Assembly (NCBI RefSeq): GCF_009914755.1
Contig: NC_060933.1
Direction: 5' to 3' (one strand)
Origin: the human T2T-CHM13v2.0 reference genome, Homo sapiens
Length of the DNA stretch: 64,000 bases
The notes below the pieces were generated by a model. That model searched no databases, was not told where the DNA came from, and saw only the letters and a list, made by a program, of their open reading frames with translations. Shown piece by piece: positions 41,508 through 57,048 of the stretch (position 1 is its first letter; every line of letters begins with the position of its first letter). The translations under genes and the position numbers were made by a program.

Positions 41508-42917
41508 TTTTTTATTTTTTTTATTATTATTTTTTTTAGTATTTATTGATCATTCTTGGGTGTTTCTCGGAGAGGGGGATGTGGCAGGGTCATAGGACAA
41601 TAGTGGAGGGAAGGTCAGCAGATAAACATGTGAACAAGGGTCTCTGGTTTTCCTAGGCAGAGGATCCTGTGGCCTTCCGTAGTGTTTGTGTCCCTGGGTA
41701 CTTGAGATTAGGGAGTGGTGATGACTCTTAACCAGCATGCTGCCTTCAAGCATCTGTTTAACAAAGCACATCTTGCACCGCCCTTAATCCATTTAACCCT
41801 GAGTGGACACAGCACATGTTTCAGAGAGCAGGGGGTTGGGGGTAAGGTTACAGATTAACAGCATCCCAAGGCAGAAGAATTTTTCTTAGTACAGAACAAA
41901 ATGGAGTCTCCTATGTCTACTTCTTTCTACACAGACACCGCAACAATCTGATTTCTCTTTCTTTTCCCCACATTTCCCCCCTTTCTATTTGACAAAACCG
42001 CCATCGTCATCATGGCCCGTTCTCAATGAGCTGTTGGGCACACCTTCCAGACGGGGTCGCGGCCGGGCAGAGGCGCTCCCCACATCTCAGACGATGGGCG
42101 GCCGGACAGAGACGCTCCTCACTTCCCAGACGGGATGGCGGCCGGGAAGAGGCGCTGCTCACTTCCCAGACTGGGCGGCCGGGCAGAGGGGCTCCTCACA
42201 TCCCAGACGATGGGCAGCCGGGCAGAGACGCTCCTCACTTCCCAGACGGGGTGGCGGCCGGGAAGAGGCGCTCCTCACTTCCCAGACTGGGCGGCCGGGC
42301 AGAGGGGCTCCTCACATCCCAGACGATGGGCGGCCAGGCAGAGACACTCCTCAGTTCCCAGACGGGGTCGCCGCCGGGCAGAGGTGCTCTTCACATCTTA
42401 GACTGGGCGGCCGGGCAGAGGGGCTCCTCACATCCCAGACTATGGGCGGCCAGGCAGAGACGCTCCTCACTTCCCAGACGGGGTGGCGGCCGGGCAGAGG
42501 CTGTAATCTTAGCACTTTGGGAGGCCAAGGCAGGCGGCTGGGAGGTGGAGGTTGTAGCGAGCCGAGATCACGCCACTGCACTCCAGCCTGGGCAACATTG
42601 AGCACTGAGTGAGCGAGACTCCGTCTGCAATCCCAGCACCTCGGGAGGCCGAGCTGGGCAGATCACTCGCGGTCAGGAGCTGGAGACCAGCCCGGCCAAC
42701 ACGGCCAAACCCCGTCTCCACCAAAAAATACAAAAACCAGTCAGGCGTGGTGGCACGCGCCTGCAATCCCAGGCACTCTGCAGGCTGAGGCAGGAGAATC
42801 AGGCAGGGAGGTTGCAGTGAGCCGAGATGGCGGCAGTACAGTCCAGCCTCCGCTCGGCATCAGAGGGAGACCGTGGAGAGAGGGGAGACGGGAGAGGGGA
42901 GAGGGGAGAGGGAGAGG
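41508..42917 (-). mobile_element. Full-length SVA retrotransposon (older subfamily, SVA_B/C-like)
   Basis: All domains in antisense order: poly-T, SINE-R (~41540-42040), GC-rich VNTR (~42040-42495), Alu-like domain (~42495-42870) and CCCTCT-type hexamer head (~42875-42917). TSD GCTATTTTTA (41498-41507, 42918-42927). Subfamily is a guess from the AGATTAACAGCATCCC variant. Confidence 0.96.
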
Positions 42918-44300
42918 GCTATTTTTAGTAATATATATTTTAACTGGCAGTTCTCCGGCCAGATCTGTGGTTGCATTCTCTTATACTAGCCGGTCTCACA
43001 CTTAAATCCATTGGCAGAGCATCTGAAAGATGCAGTGTTCTCTGCAGAAGCATAGTTAACCTGGCATAAAATTAGGAAGAATTCTTCCACGGCAATGTGA
43101 CTCCATTACATTAATAAACTATACATTTATATGCAGGAATCCATCATTCCACACATTAAAAAGCTGTTAAATGAAGCTAAGTTGAGGGTTTTGAAAATAA
43201 ATTTAAGCCAGTGAAAAGAGTTAAGTATTAAAATAATGTTATTTGAGAATGCTGAAGAATTAAACAATTAATGAGCACATTAAGGTTAAGAGAGGACATT
43301 CAAGAGTTGTCCTTCATTGGGGAAGAGGACACTAATCATGATGACAATCATGACTCAACAGATATGCTCAAAGACATACCCAGGTGTTATGTGTACCCTC
43401 ACTTGCCTGACCCTTAAAAGTGGCCAGCAGAATGGTCAATGAGGTTTGAGAAAAGAGGGAATAGCAAGAGTGCAAGAATAACCCACAGGCTGACATGGTA
43501 TCTTCATCAACCACCTGCAAAGTATCTGACACTTGCCCTGTATTCTGGCACTGATCACAATGGGCATTCAGGTCATTCGTGCTGCAGACATGCACATGTG
43601 TATATCCAGGTTATTAAATGAGCTCAACTCCATGAGGGTACACTCCTCCTCAAGACAGAGATCATGCCTTATCCAGCTCAAAGTTCTCTGGGCTGGAAAC
43701 TGGGCCTTCACACAGAAAGTATTTTTCAAAAGTTTCTTGTGGATATTAATGAGCAAAATATTTTTCTAAATATAGTTGATGTAAATAACACATGTTGGGA
43801 AGACAAATTTATACAACACTAAAACCCAGCTATAAGGTAACTGCAGTTGACTCATTTCATTGCTAAAGCACAATCACTTGCTAACATCCTCTTCTTGGGC
43901 AGTCTTTTAAGTGGCCAGTTTGGCTGCTATAGGTAACATCATTTCCTGATGGACATCATCTTGGATAGAAAATAGAATACAGAATAACATTACAAGGAGC
44001 ATCTTGCCTTTGCCTATGAGATAAGAAACTAGTGCTCTTCAAGGCTCAAAAACAAAAACAAAAAATGAAAACTGGGCACACATAAGAGGTCTTAGAATAT
44101 TTGCTGTAGGAAACTTGGTCATTCAGAACTTAATGAGGCTTTATGTTGCCATTTTTTCTTTAAAACATGAAGTATGAGTGCCAACATTTTGATATATTAC
44201 AATCTCTGTCTCCCATCCTGTCCTACTTTTAAGCCCCTTCTATTTTCTTCTGACTCATAATTTTTCAGTCATGTACCAGATGTAAGCACGACATCATGTA

Positions 44301-44372
44301 TAAAAAAAAGGAAGGAAGGGAGGGAGAGATGGAGCAAGGGAGGAAGGAAGGAAGGAAAAAGAGAAAAAGAAA
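44301..44372. repeat. Purine-rich (GGAA)n-like tract
   Basis: Directly visible. Confidence 0.8.
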
Positions 44373-44548
44373 TAATTTATTCTTGCTTTTTAGCATAAAG
44401 ATTTAATGACACATTTCAAACATTTCTATACAATGGCCATGTTGACCATCTCATAAAACTTAACCACCCCCCAACACACACAAAAAATGAAAGAAATCCA
44501 CCAGAGGATACTTAAAATCCCAACTTGGGAAATAGTTTTAAGGCCTTC

Positions 44549-45004
44549 TATTATGGGTTGAATTGTGCCTCCCAAATATTAATATGTTGAAGTCCAAATC
44601 TCCAGTACCTCAGAGTGTGACCTATTTAGAAACAGGGCCATTGCAGATGCAATTAATTAAGATGAGGTCATAACTAAGTAGTGCAGGCTCCTAATCCAAT
44701 ATGACTGATGTGTTTATAAGAAGGGAAAATCTGTACAAAGAAATAAACACAGGGAGAATGCCATGTAAAGATGAAGGCAGAGATTGGGATGATGCTTCTA
44801 CAAACCAAGGAATGCCAAAAAAATGCCAGCAAACTACCAGAAGAGAGGCTGAAGGCATGGATCAGAGTCTCTCTCACAGCCCTTAGAAGGAACCAACCCA
44901 TGATCTGGACTCCAAGCCGTTAGAACTGTAAGGCAATACATGTCTATTGTTTAAGCCACCCAGTTTGTGGTACTTTGTTATGACAGCCCCAGCAAACTAA
45001 TATA
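44549..45004 (+). mobile_element. MaLR solo LTR, MLT1C-like
   Basis: TTATGGGTTGAATTGTG...GATGAAGGCAGAGATTGGG...TTTAAGCCACCCAGTTTGTGGTACTTTGTTA; perfect 5-bp TSD CCTTC. Confidence 0.87.
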
Positions 45005-45238
45005 CCTTCTTTGAAGTCATTTACTGACAATAGGAGGGCCTGTCTTCACAAGGCAAGCCATCACCGTTCGTGCCCCCATTGAAACCATGCTATGGGATAA
45101 GCTTGAGTTCTGCCTTGGCTGAAGTTGTACAATCACTTACCATGGAAACCAACACCATGTCCTATTTTGTTCTCTTGTGATCACACAAAGCAGAAACAGG
45201 ATTAGCACTGCAGCCACAAGTGGTCCCCATAGAGCTTA

Positions 45239-47426
<2,188 letters not shown>

Positions 47427-47803
47427 GCAGCTTATCTATATTTACCATAAACAATGGCCAGGCAAGGCAGCCATTGACTGACACATTAATGTAAGACATA
47501 CATCAAGTGTCCTTCAGTTCAAGGACAGGGATGAAACCCCATACTTAGTCTATTCCCCACACAGCCTCCAGTTCAGTACTAAGCACAGAGCTTTGCCTTA
47601 GTATTTAATCTTCAATGTAAGACACTAGCAACTCTCTTCGACAGTTTATTATGTTTTAAAATAATTTGAATAAAAATATAAAGAAGCTTGTTTATATTTG
47701 TAAATATTAATAACAACAAAAAACAAAGCAGTGCATTTTTTTTCTCCACTGAGAAAGCTTTTCATAGGGGGAGGGTGGGCTCCATCAAAGACAAGCAAGT
47801 CTT

Positions 47804-47822
47804 TTTCACCATCTAGTGGCAA
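47804..47822 (-). promoter_or_regulatory. Candidate CTCF site
   Basis: Minus strand TTGCCACTAGATGGTGAAA matches the CTCF core CCASYAGRKGGY. Motif only, no binding data. Confidence 0.5.
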
Positions 47823-48111
47823 TAGGGGATTATAACATCAGAGATCTTAAATTTAAACTTCCCTTCCCGCATCAAGCTTTATTGAAGTATACTTGACACA
47901 TAAGAATTGTATCTTAATCCTTTCAAGGACAATTAAAACTATACTTAGAAAATTGTAGTCGTGTAGGGTTCACAAATAGAGCTGCATCCCTGTGTGTACA
48001 CAGGGAAGGCCAGTGTAACCTTTCCTTGCCTGTTACCTTGGGCCTGTGTGCAGGAATGTTACCTATGTGATGAACTATTTATTCATCTAACAAATCTCCA
48101 CTTAGTCGTTA

Positions 48112-48381
<270 letters not shown>

Positions 48382-49307
48382 GAAAGCTAAGAAACCTAAT
48401 TCACAAAATAGGCAATCATACAATATAAGGGAGTCAGACCTAAAGTGTCTGTCAGACCTAAAGTGACAGCTCACAAATGTCAAATTTAAATACATTTATT
48501 CCACGCTTGCTATGCTTCCAAAAATATGCAAAATATCACCCACCAATGGTTACTTTTTTCACCAATATAGGCCTTCGTCTGACGATTTGAATCTTTTGTT
48601 GGTTGGATCTTGTGTCCCATGACTTCCAGACGCCTTGGCTTTGCTCCGTGTTCCTGCTTCACACTGCAAACCGCCTTTTGATGAAGTTTGTGGCCCCACC
48701 TCTTTGACTTTGTTCCTTGAACATTTTTCTTAGACATGATTGTATTTGCTCTAGTTTCTGTGATAACCTTAGAGAACCCTTACTAACCAAAAATTATACT
48801 GGAAAGCCAAAAGGGGATGACATCAAAAGCCCGAGGCCTTGAGGTCCTTGTTCCCTGGAGATGAGACAATGCCTTCTTTGCTGTCTGTGCAGAAAAGGCT
48901 GTGCAAACCACAATTTTGTACATTCAGATTTCAACAATGACCACTACACTTGCCTAAAGTATCTGCTTTGCTGGTGTCCTGATTTTAGAAAGGTACCATA
49001 AAGCTTACCAAGGGACCATGCTCTCTGGCACCAAGGAAGCAAACTCATTACCAAGAGAAAAGATCAGTATAGATTTTGGTGGTCGGATTACTTCACAGAA
49101 CCTCAAACCTTTCCCCCCATCCAAGGTACTAGCCTTAATAATAGGCCCTGAGTATGTTCCTGAAGAACTGTAAGCTACCCAGGTGCCGACCAATGCCTCT
49201 GTTGTAGACTGAATAGTGTCCCCCAAATTTCATTTGTTGCAGTCCTAACCTCCTGCCCCTCAGAATAAAACCGTATTTAGAGATAAGGCCTTTAAAGAGG
49301 CAATTAA

Positions 49308-49429
49308 GGCCAGACATGGTAGCTCACACTTTGAATCTCAACATTTTGGAAGGCTAAGGCAGGAGGACCACTTGAAGCCGGGAGTTCAAGACCAGCCTGG
49401 GCAACAAAGCAAGACACCATCTCTACAAA
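49308..49429 (+). mobile_element. FLAM / AluJ left monomer
   Basis: GGAGTTCAAGACCAGCCTGGGCAACAAAGCAAGACACCATCTCTAC (monomer, J-type). Confidence 0.85.
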
Positions 49430-49733
<304 letters not shown>

Positions 49734-50751
49734 CAAAAAATTTTTTAAAGTGATTGAGTTAAAATAAAATCTTCAGAGTGGGACCTAATTCAATATGAGT
49801 GGTATTCCCATAAAAAGAAACGTGGACACAGAGAAAAATCAAATGCATGCACACGCAGAGATGACCCTGTGAACACGCCAAGAGGAGGCAGTTGACTCCA
49901 GTGATGAACAAGGAGAGAGGCCTCAGAAGAAACTAAACATGCTAACACCTCAATCTTGAACTTCTAGTCTCCAGAAGTGTGAGAAAACAAATTTGTGTTG
50001 TTGAACTCACTCTGGTTGTGGTATGTTGTTATGGCAGCCTTAGCAAACTAATATACCCTCCTATGCAATAACCTAATCTTGGTTCAACACTCTTTCCCCT
50101 CTAGAAAATTTGCAGCTCTCCATGCAGTCTTCAACTTGAGTAACAGCCCTTCTTCTTGGAAGATGAAGTTGTCTTTTTATTGATCCTGACTCATCTTTGG
50201 AAAGGTAAAATGACTTTTCAGCCAGATTTATATTCATTCGGGGATGAACAATTATCTTCTTTGGGGGAGATCAGTAAAATAGCAAAGAAACTCCCTCAGC
50301 CCCACATATTCATCAGGCCACTTCCCTCGTGATTTGCATATCATCTCTGCATATAGATTCTTCTGAGATCGCTGAAATGGGTATCCAGCCCCTGGTGTCT
50401 TTCATCAATACATCTTTGGTGGTATTCCCAGGAACTTCTACAATGTGTCAAAATAAAACATTTCAATGTCTTATTTTAATGTCTACCAGGCCACATTATG
50501 ACCTCAACTGAGAGTTCGTCCTCTCAAATTATGTTCAATTATGCTATTCTGCCTAACTCCCTGAATTAATACTGTACAGTGAACACCAGATGACGATATA
50601 ACCCAAGTAATGTACATCTCTGACTGTTTTAGTATCTCAGGATCCAAACTCCTCCCATCCACTTTCATTGAGAGACTTCTAATTTCAGTCTTATTTTCAA
50701 TCCCTTCTCCTCAATTCCTTAAGTGATTTGTTAAAAATTCAAGCCACATTT

Positions 50752-51250
<499 letters not shown>

Positions 51251-52699
51251 TTATAACTCAAAGTTTAAATATACCGTTATTCGCTGCCTGGAAGACTTTT
51301 CTTTCACATACTCATTGGGCTGCATGTGATAACTTTTCAAATTCTACTCTGGTAGCACTTTTTGTATGATGTCCTTTGCAATCCTTCCCAGACCACAGCA
51401 AAGGGTGCTCACCCCCGTGACTGACAAATAGTTCTATAATTCTGTTATTATAATATATTTCCCTGATTAGATTGAGAGGATGCTCAGGAAAGGGCTTATA
51501 CCTTTATTATCTTCTTATCTCTAGCACCTAACAAACACAGTAATTTACAATTAGTGGCTGTTAATTAAAAAATTTATTCAGGATCAGGAATAGAGCAGGA
51601 AAAATGTGGTCTTTGTGTGCCTCCTTGCTTTTTGAGGGGAGGGAGGTGGTTAGAGCAGGAATATGAGAAATGTTAATTTTGCACTGCCTGGGTCTTCCAA
51701 ACAAAAGAAGCTGTCATTCTAACAGCTCCTGTGCCCACACTTGCCTCACCTGGGAGGTTCTCACACCTTGAACACACATTTGTGGTTTTGCTTTATCTAT
51801 TTTCTCAACACTGTTGTTTTCATGGCAGTCACTAGATTAATCCCATGTTTGTCTGTATGAGATAAGCTTTCAATTTGTCATGTCACAACCAGAGAGGGGT
51901 TACAGAGCAGCAGCATGGTATTGTTAAAAAAAAAAAAAAATCTCAATTCGTTTAGCTTTCAAGCATATTATTAGGCCTATTCCTAGTTCCTCTCTGAACC
52001 ACCATATCATACCAACCTCCCTCTTTTAGACAAGCTAGGCATTCTCAGAGCCCTTAATGCTGGAAAAAACAAGATGACATATGGATAAATATTTAGATCT
52101 AGCCTCTTCCCCAACACTCCAGGTAAGTGGCTTTATCCTTCCTAGTTCTTCTTTGACTGGACAGCCAGCCCATGCTTCCAGATACTTTCTTGCTTCTCCT
52201 CTGCTCTTCCAATTCAATGTTGGATCTTCACAGTTTCAAATCTGAATCACCTCCTATTATTTTTTCACATTGATTTGATTCCTTATTCTGCTAGCATGGA
52301 ATTATCTACCCCTTAGTCTAGTTATTTTTCATTCTTGCCCTCCAGTGTCTACACTTTAGCTTTAACTGATATTCGTAGGTGATTAATAGAGATCTAGTCC
52401 AAGAAAAAATATAAAGAGACAGAGGTATATGATTATATGTAATAGATATTTAATTTTCTATTTTATATATGCACACATACACATAAATTTGTAGTATCAA
52501 TGCACTCACTGTAGCTCTGCAAGAAAGAATCATTACATAGCCTGAAAGATGCTTATACAAGTGAATATCAGAGTTTTGAAATATTATATTTGAAAGGGTT
52601 ATGAAAGATGATCTATTTCAATTCGCTCCAATTAAGCACAAGACAAAGGAGGCTGAATGTGGAGATATGTCCAAGGTGAAACAGCCAGAAAAAAGTCAA

Positions 52700-53792
52700 T
52701 TAAAAGACTGAATGTTCTCCTCCTAAGATCAAGGATCAAGGCAAGAATGTCCACTATCACAACTTGTGTGTAGCACTGTATTGACTGTCTTAGCCAGAAC
52801 AATAAGACAAGAGAAATAACTAAAAGGGGTTACAGTTGGAAAGAAAGAAGAAAAGTGTCCCCATTCACAGACAACCAGATTGCGTATGTGAACAGTGACA
52901 AAAATTTCCAAGGAATCCACACAGTAAATAATAAAATTAATAAAAGAATTTATCAAGCTATCAGGATATGTCACCATATACACACCACTTGCATTTCTAT
53001 TTACCAACAAAAAGAAATTGAAATGCATATATATTTGAAAAATACCACATATTTTAAAATATAAAATAACAGGGAAAATTAACTTTTTTTTTTTTTTTTT
53101 TTTGAGACAGAGTCTCACTCCATCACCCAGGCTGGAGTGCAGTGGTGCCATCTTGGCTCACTCCAAACTGTCTCCTGGGTTCAAGCGATTCTCCTGCCTC
53201 AGACTCCCGAATAGCAGGGATTACAGGAGCATGCCACCACACCCAGCTTATTTTTGCATTTTTAGTAGAGATGGGGTCTCACCATGTTGGCCAGGCTGGT
53301 CTGGAACTCCTGACCTCAAATGATCCACCCGCCTCAGCCTCCCAAAGTGCTGGGATTACAGGCTTGAGCCACCGCGCCTGGCAGATCTGTAAAGCTTTTA
53401 TACTGAAAGATACAGAACATTGCAGACAGAATTTAAAGACCTATAGAAATGAGAGATACATTGTTCATGAATCAGCAGAATCAATATTATTAAGATATCA
53501 ATTCTCCCAAGATTGATCTACAAATTACTGCCATACCACTCAAAACCTAGGAAGCAGTTTTGGAGAAACTGACAATTCCAAAGCTAGTAGGAAAAGAAAA
53601 GGACGTAGTATAGCCAAAACAACATTGAAAAAGAAGAATAAAGTTGGAGGATTTACACTACCTCATTAGGAACTTATTTTAAATCTGTAATGATCTAGCT
53701 ACTGTGGTATTGGCATAAAGAAAAATGAATAGATCAGTAGAACAGAATAAAAGAATTCGGAAGGAAATCCATGCAATATATAGTCGGTTGAT
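52700..53792 (+). mobile_element. Old L1M ORF2 fragment interrupted by an Alu
   Basis: CAAGGCAAGAATGTCCACTATCAC...AATAAGACAAGAG; TCAATATTATTAAGATATCAATTCTCCC; AAGAAGAATAAAGTTGGAGGATTTACACTACC. Confidence 0.8.
53084..53382 (-). mobile_element. Alu (AluSx/Sz-like), full length, no TSD seen
   Basis: Antisense dimer with a 20-nt poly-T. Confidence 0.94.
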
Positions 53793-54319
53793 TTTCTTTT
53801 CTTTTTTTTTTTAATTTTTATTCTACTTTAAGTTCCAGGATACACGTGCAGAATGTTCAGGTTTGTTAACATAGGTATACATGTGCCATGGTGGTTTGCT
53901 GCACCAATCAACCCATCATCTAGGTTTTAAGCCCCACATGCATTAGGTGTTTGTCCTAATGCTCTCCCTCCCCTTGCCCCCGACCCCTCAACAGGCCCCC
54001 GTGTGTGATGTTCCCCTCCCTGTGTCCATGTGTTCTCATTGTTCAACTCCCACTTATGAGTGAGAACATGCAGTGTTTGGTTTTCTACTCTTGTGTTAGT
54101 TTGCTGAAGATGATAGCTTCCAGCTTCATCCATGTCCCTGCAAAGGACGTGAACTCATTCTTTTTTATGGCTGCAGAGTATTCCACGGTGTATCTGTGCA
54201 ACATTTTCTTTATCCAGTCTATCATTGATGGGCATATGGGTTAGTTCCAAGTCTTTGCTATTGTGAACAGTGCTGCAATAAACATATGTGTGCATGTGTC
54301 TTTATAGTAGAATAATTTA
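53793..54319 (-). mobile_element. 5'-truncated L1PA (L1PA7/8-like) 3' end
   Basis: Poly-T, then TAGGTTTTAAGCCCCACATGCATTAGG and CAACTCCCACTTATGAGTGAGAACATGC. Confidence 0.88.
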
Positions 54320-54507
54320 CCATCAGAGAGAAAATTCCATGGAGGTTCAGTATTTCTTCTTTTCAGCATTTTCTGAAGTATCTCCAAAGCAGAAATGTAG
54401 TCTGTTGCTGCATAAAGAGTGGGAAATAATACTGGCAACCTTTCTGAGACTTATTCATTGCATCCACATCATCTTTTTGTGGGTAGCCCTAAAATAATGT
54501 ACCGTTC

Positions 54508-54809
<302 letters not shown>

Positions 54810-55159
54810 AATAATGTACTCTTCTAACCCTTCCCCCAAGCACAATCAAGTCAACCTAAATGATTCACTTTGAGCCTCACAAGCTTTGGTCTATAGGAAC
54901 TGGACAGGTAAGTCAGAAGGAGTGTCAGATAAACAAATTCGAGGAAAAGTGGATTCCGGGGCCAGATGTTAGTCCATTTCTTTTCTCTCTTTTGCTTTAA
55001 CCATTTGTATTGCAGTTGCAGCAAATATTGTCTAAATGAGAAAAGCAAAGGAAGGGCATTGCCATAGTCAAAGAGGGAAATAATGAAAAGGGAGAATAAA
55101 TACAAGGAAAAAAGATGATTGAAGAAGCAAGTCAAAAACCACAGAATGGGGAAAAATCT

Positions 55160-55340
55160 AACATTTATTAATTACCTACTGTACATCAACTACAGTCTTA
55201 GTTGCTTGACATGAAATATCTCTATTCCTCAAAACAACTCTGATAAAGAAATATTGTCATTGCCCTTTTATAAATAATCTGAATCTCAATGAGGATCATC
55301 AACTTGCTCTAGGTGACAAAAATGAAGTGGTAAAGTGGAA
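55160..55340 (-). mobile_element. MIR
   Basis: AACATTTATTAATTACCTACTGT...TCCTCAAAACAACTCTG...AACTTGCTCTAGGTGACA. Confidence 0.6.
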
Positions 55341-56179
55341 AGTGTTTATTGCACAAAGACCCTAGTCTTTCCTGTGCACCAAGCTTTCCTATAGTTAAAG
55401 AAGGGAACCATATGCATGATCCTAAGGCCATGAAAGTTCTATCTCTGTTGGAGTGAGTACATGACAGACCTAAAAGATGCATTCTGATTGCAAATACTAA
55501 CTAGCGAAGAGATTTTTTTTTACTGTGCTTTGAAAAATCTTGGCAATCATTCAAATTTATGACCTTCTCTGAGAATGAAGAATATTTGATGTGATATAAA
55601 ACAATTCAGTAATGGCCATGATTACAATCTGCTACTAAGAAGCAAGTTATACAATCACTATTGTACAGTGGTGACATTGACAATATGCATTCCCCACGCC
55701 ACCATACACTGTTAACCATTCATCTCTCACTTGGAAAACAGACAAGTTGTGAACAGGGATTATAAAGCATCACTCAAATAGATAGAACCATCAGTGGATT
55801 TCTGAAGGGTAACGATGCCTTTATAGGGTGAAGCTCACTTCCCAAAAGAAAAAGTGTTTCTGAAAGCAAATGGACCTTCATGTTCTATGAGAAATATCTG
55901 CCCTCAATGGCCTTCTCTTTAAGCCATATTGAACAATAGAAAAGTTACTTAAGCACTCATTCCCCTGTCTTTGGTAGGCTCCATATCAAGTACAACTTGA
56001 TCTCATTGATATTATAAAACTCTCCTACAATCTGAAGGAGAAACTACCAACATTATCCATTATTTTTAACTTCATTTAAATCAACAAGCCTGACTTCATA
56101 ACACTATTGGGAGAAGAGTAAAGTTCCCCTTCCCAAAGACAATGTAGACAGGAAACATGTTTATGTATTGTTTGAATAA

Positions 56180-56250
56180 CCCTACAATTAGACAAGACAA
56201 GCTACTGACTATAATTGGGTTTATGGGACACTGTCCCTGGAGTTTTAGAA
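56180..56250 (+). promoter_or_regulatory. Candidate OR13F1 promoter (homeodomain plus O/E motifs)
   Basis: CAATTA (56185-56190), TAATTG (56212-56217) and O/E-like TCCCTGGAG (56234-56242) are clustered in repeat-free DNA ~0.8 kb upstream of the ATG. Confidence 0.4.
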
Positions 56251-56631
56251 TTTGTAATACTATACAAATAGATGTTTAATTTGCTGCATGAATTGAAGAC
56301 TTTTCAAAAGGAACAAATAGCTTAAATTGCCCTACACTGCCAATGGCTGGTTCTTTGCAGGATGTTTCTGCAGCACAAACATCAGGACAACAGCAAGATG
56401 AAAGAAGTATCTGCCATGTGTCTCCTAGCATGAGACACATGTCACCATTTTCCTGAGTTTGAGAAGAAAACTCTGGGCTTGTTTCTAAGTGTCTAAAGTC
56501 TCTGTTACTTTATGGCTGCAGAAATCTATACCTTTTTTTGCCTTTATTCCCTGAGACTTCCAAATTATTTTGGATATATCTCTAGGAATGGCAGAAGAAA
56601 CTGTGAACTTGGAAATCCAAACAGTTCCTAA

Positions 56632-57029
56632 GTAAGAAGATTATTACCAAATCAGAGGAAGAAAATCATGCCAATGGTACAGAGGTAAATAGATCAGTTA
56701 AAATGTGGTTTTGGAAAAAGAAAGAATGCAAAATATTGTTTCTTTTCTCATTCTTTTGTGATACCGATTAAATACACCATCCTCCTACCCTCACATTGCC
56801 AAAAGAAAATCTTACAGCAAAAGTAACATTTTAAGGATGTATCTGTTGACTTCCTGCTTAAATTTTTCTTATTAGTGACAAATTTCTTCAATATATATTA
56901 CTATCACTAACCTAGAGAACCATTGAAGAACAGAACACAAGTTCATATAAATAAAACATGCCAGATATGTGAAGGAGGGGGTTATGTTTTATATATGTGT
57001 GACGTTAATCCTTCTATGCATACGTACAG
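56632..57029 (+). other. Predicted 5'UTR intron of OR13F1
   Basis: Donor CCTAA|GTAAGA at 56632. Acceptor TACAG|G at 57028-57029 with a TTAAT branch-like site, 19 nt before the ATG, which is the typical OR layout. The donor choice is uncertain. Confidence 0.45.
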
Positions 57030-57048
57030 GTGAACATAACATAAAAAA

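Noticed and set aside
41989-42612. 207-aa and 191-aa ORFs
   Set aside because: They lie antisense within the SVA VNTR and Alu-like domains. The GC-rich repeat simply lacks stop codons and the peptides are repetitive.
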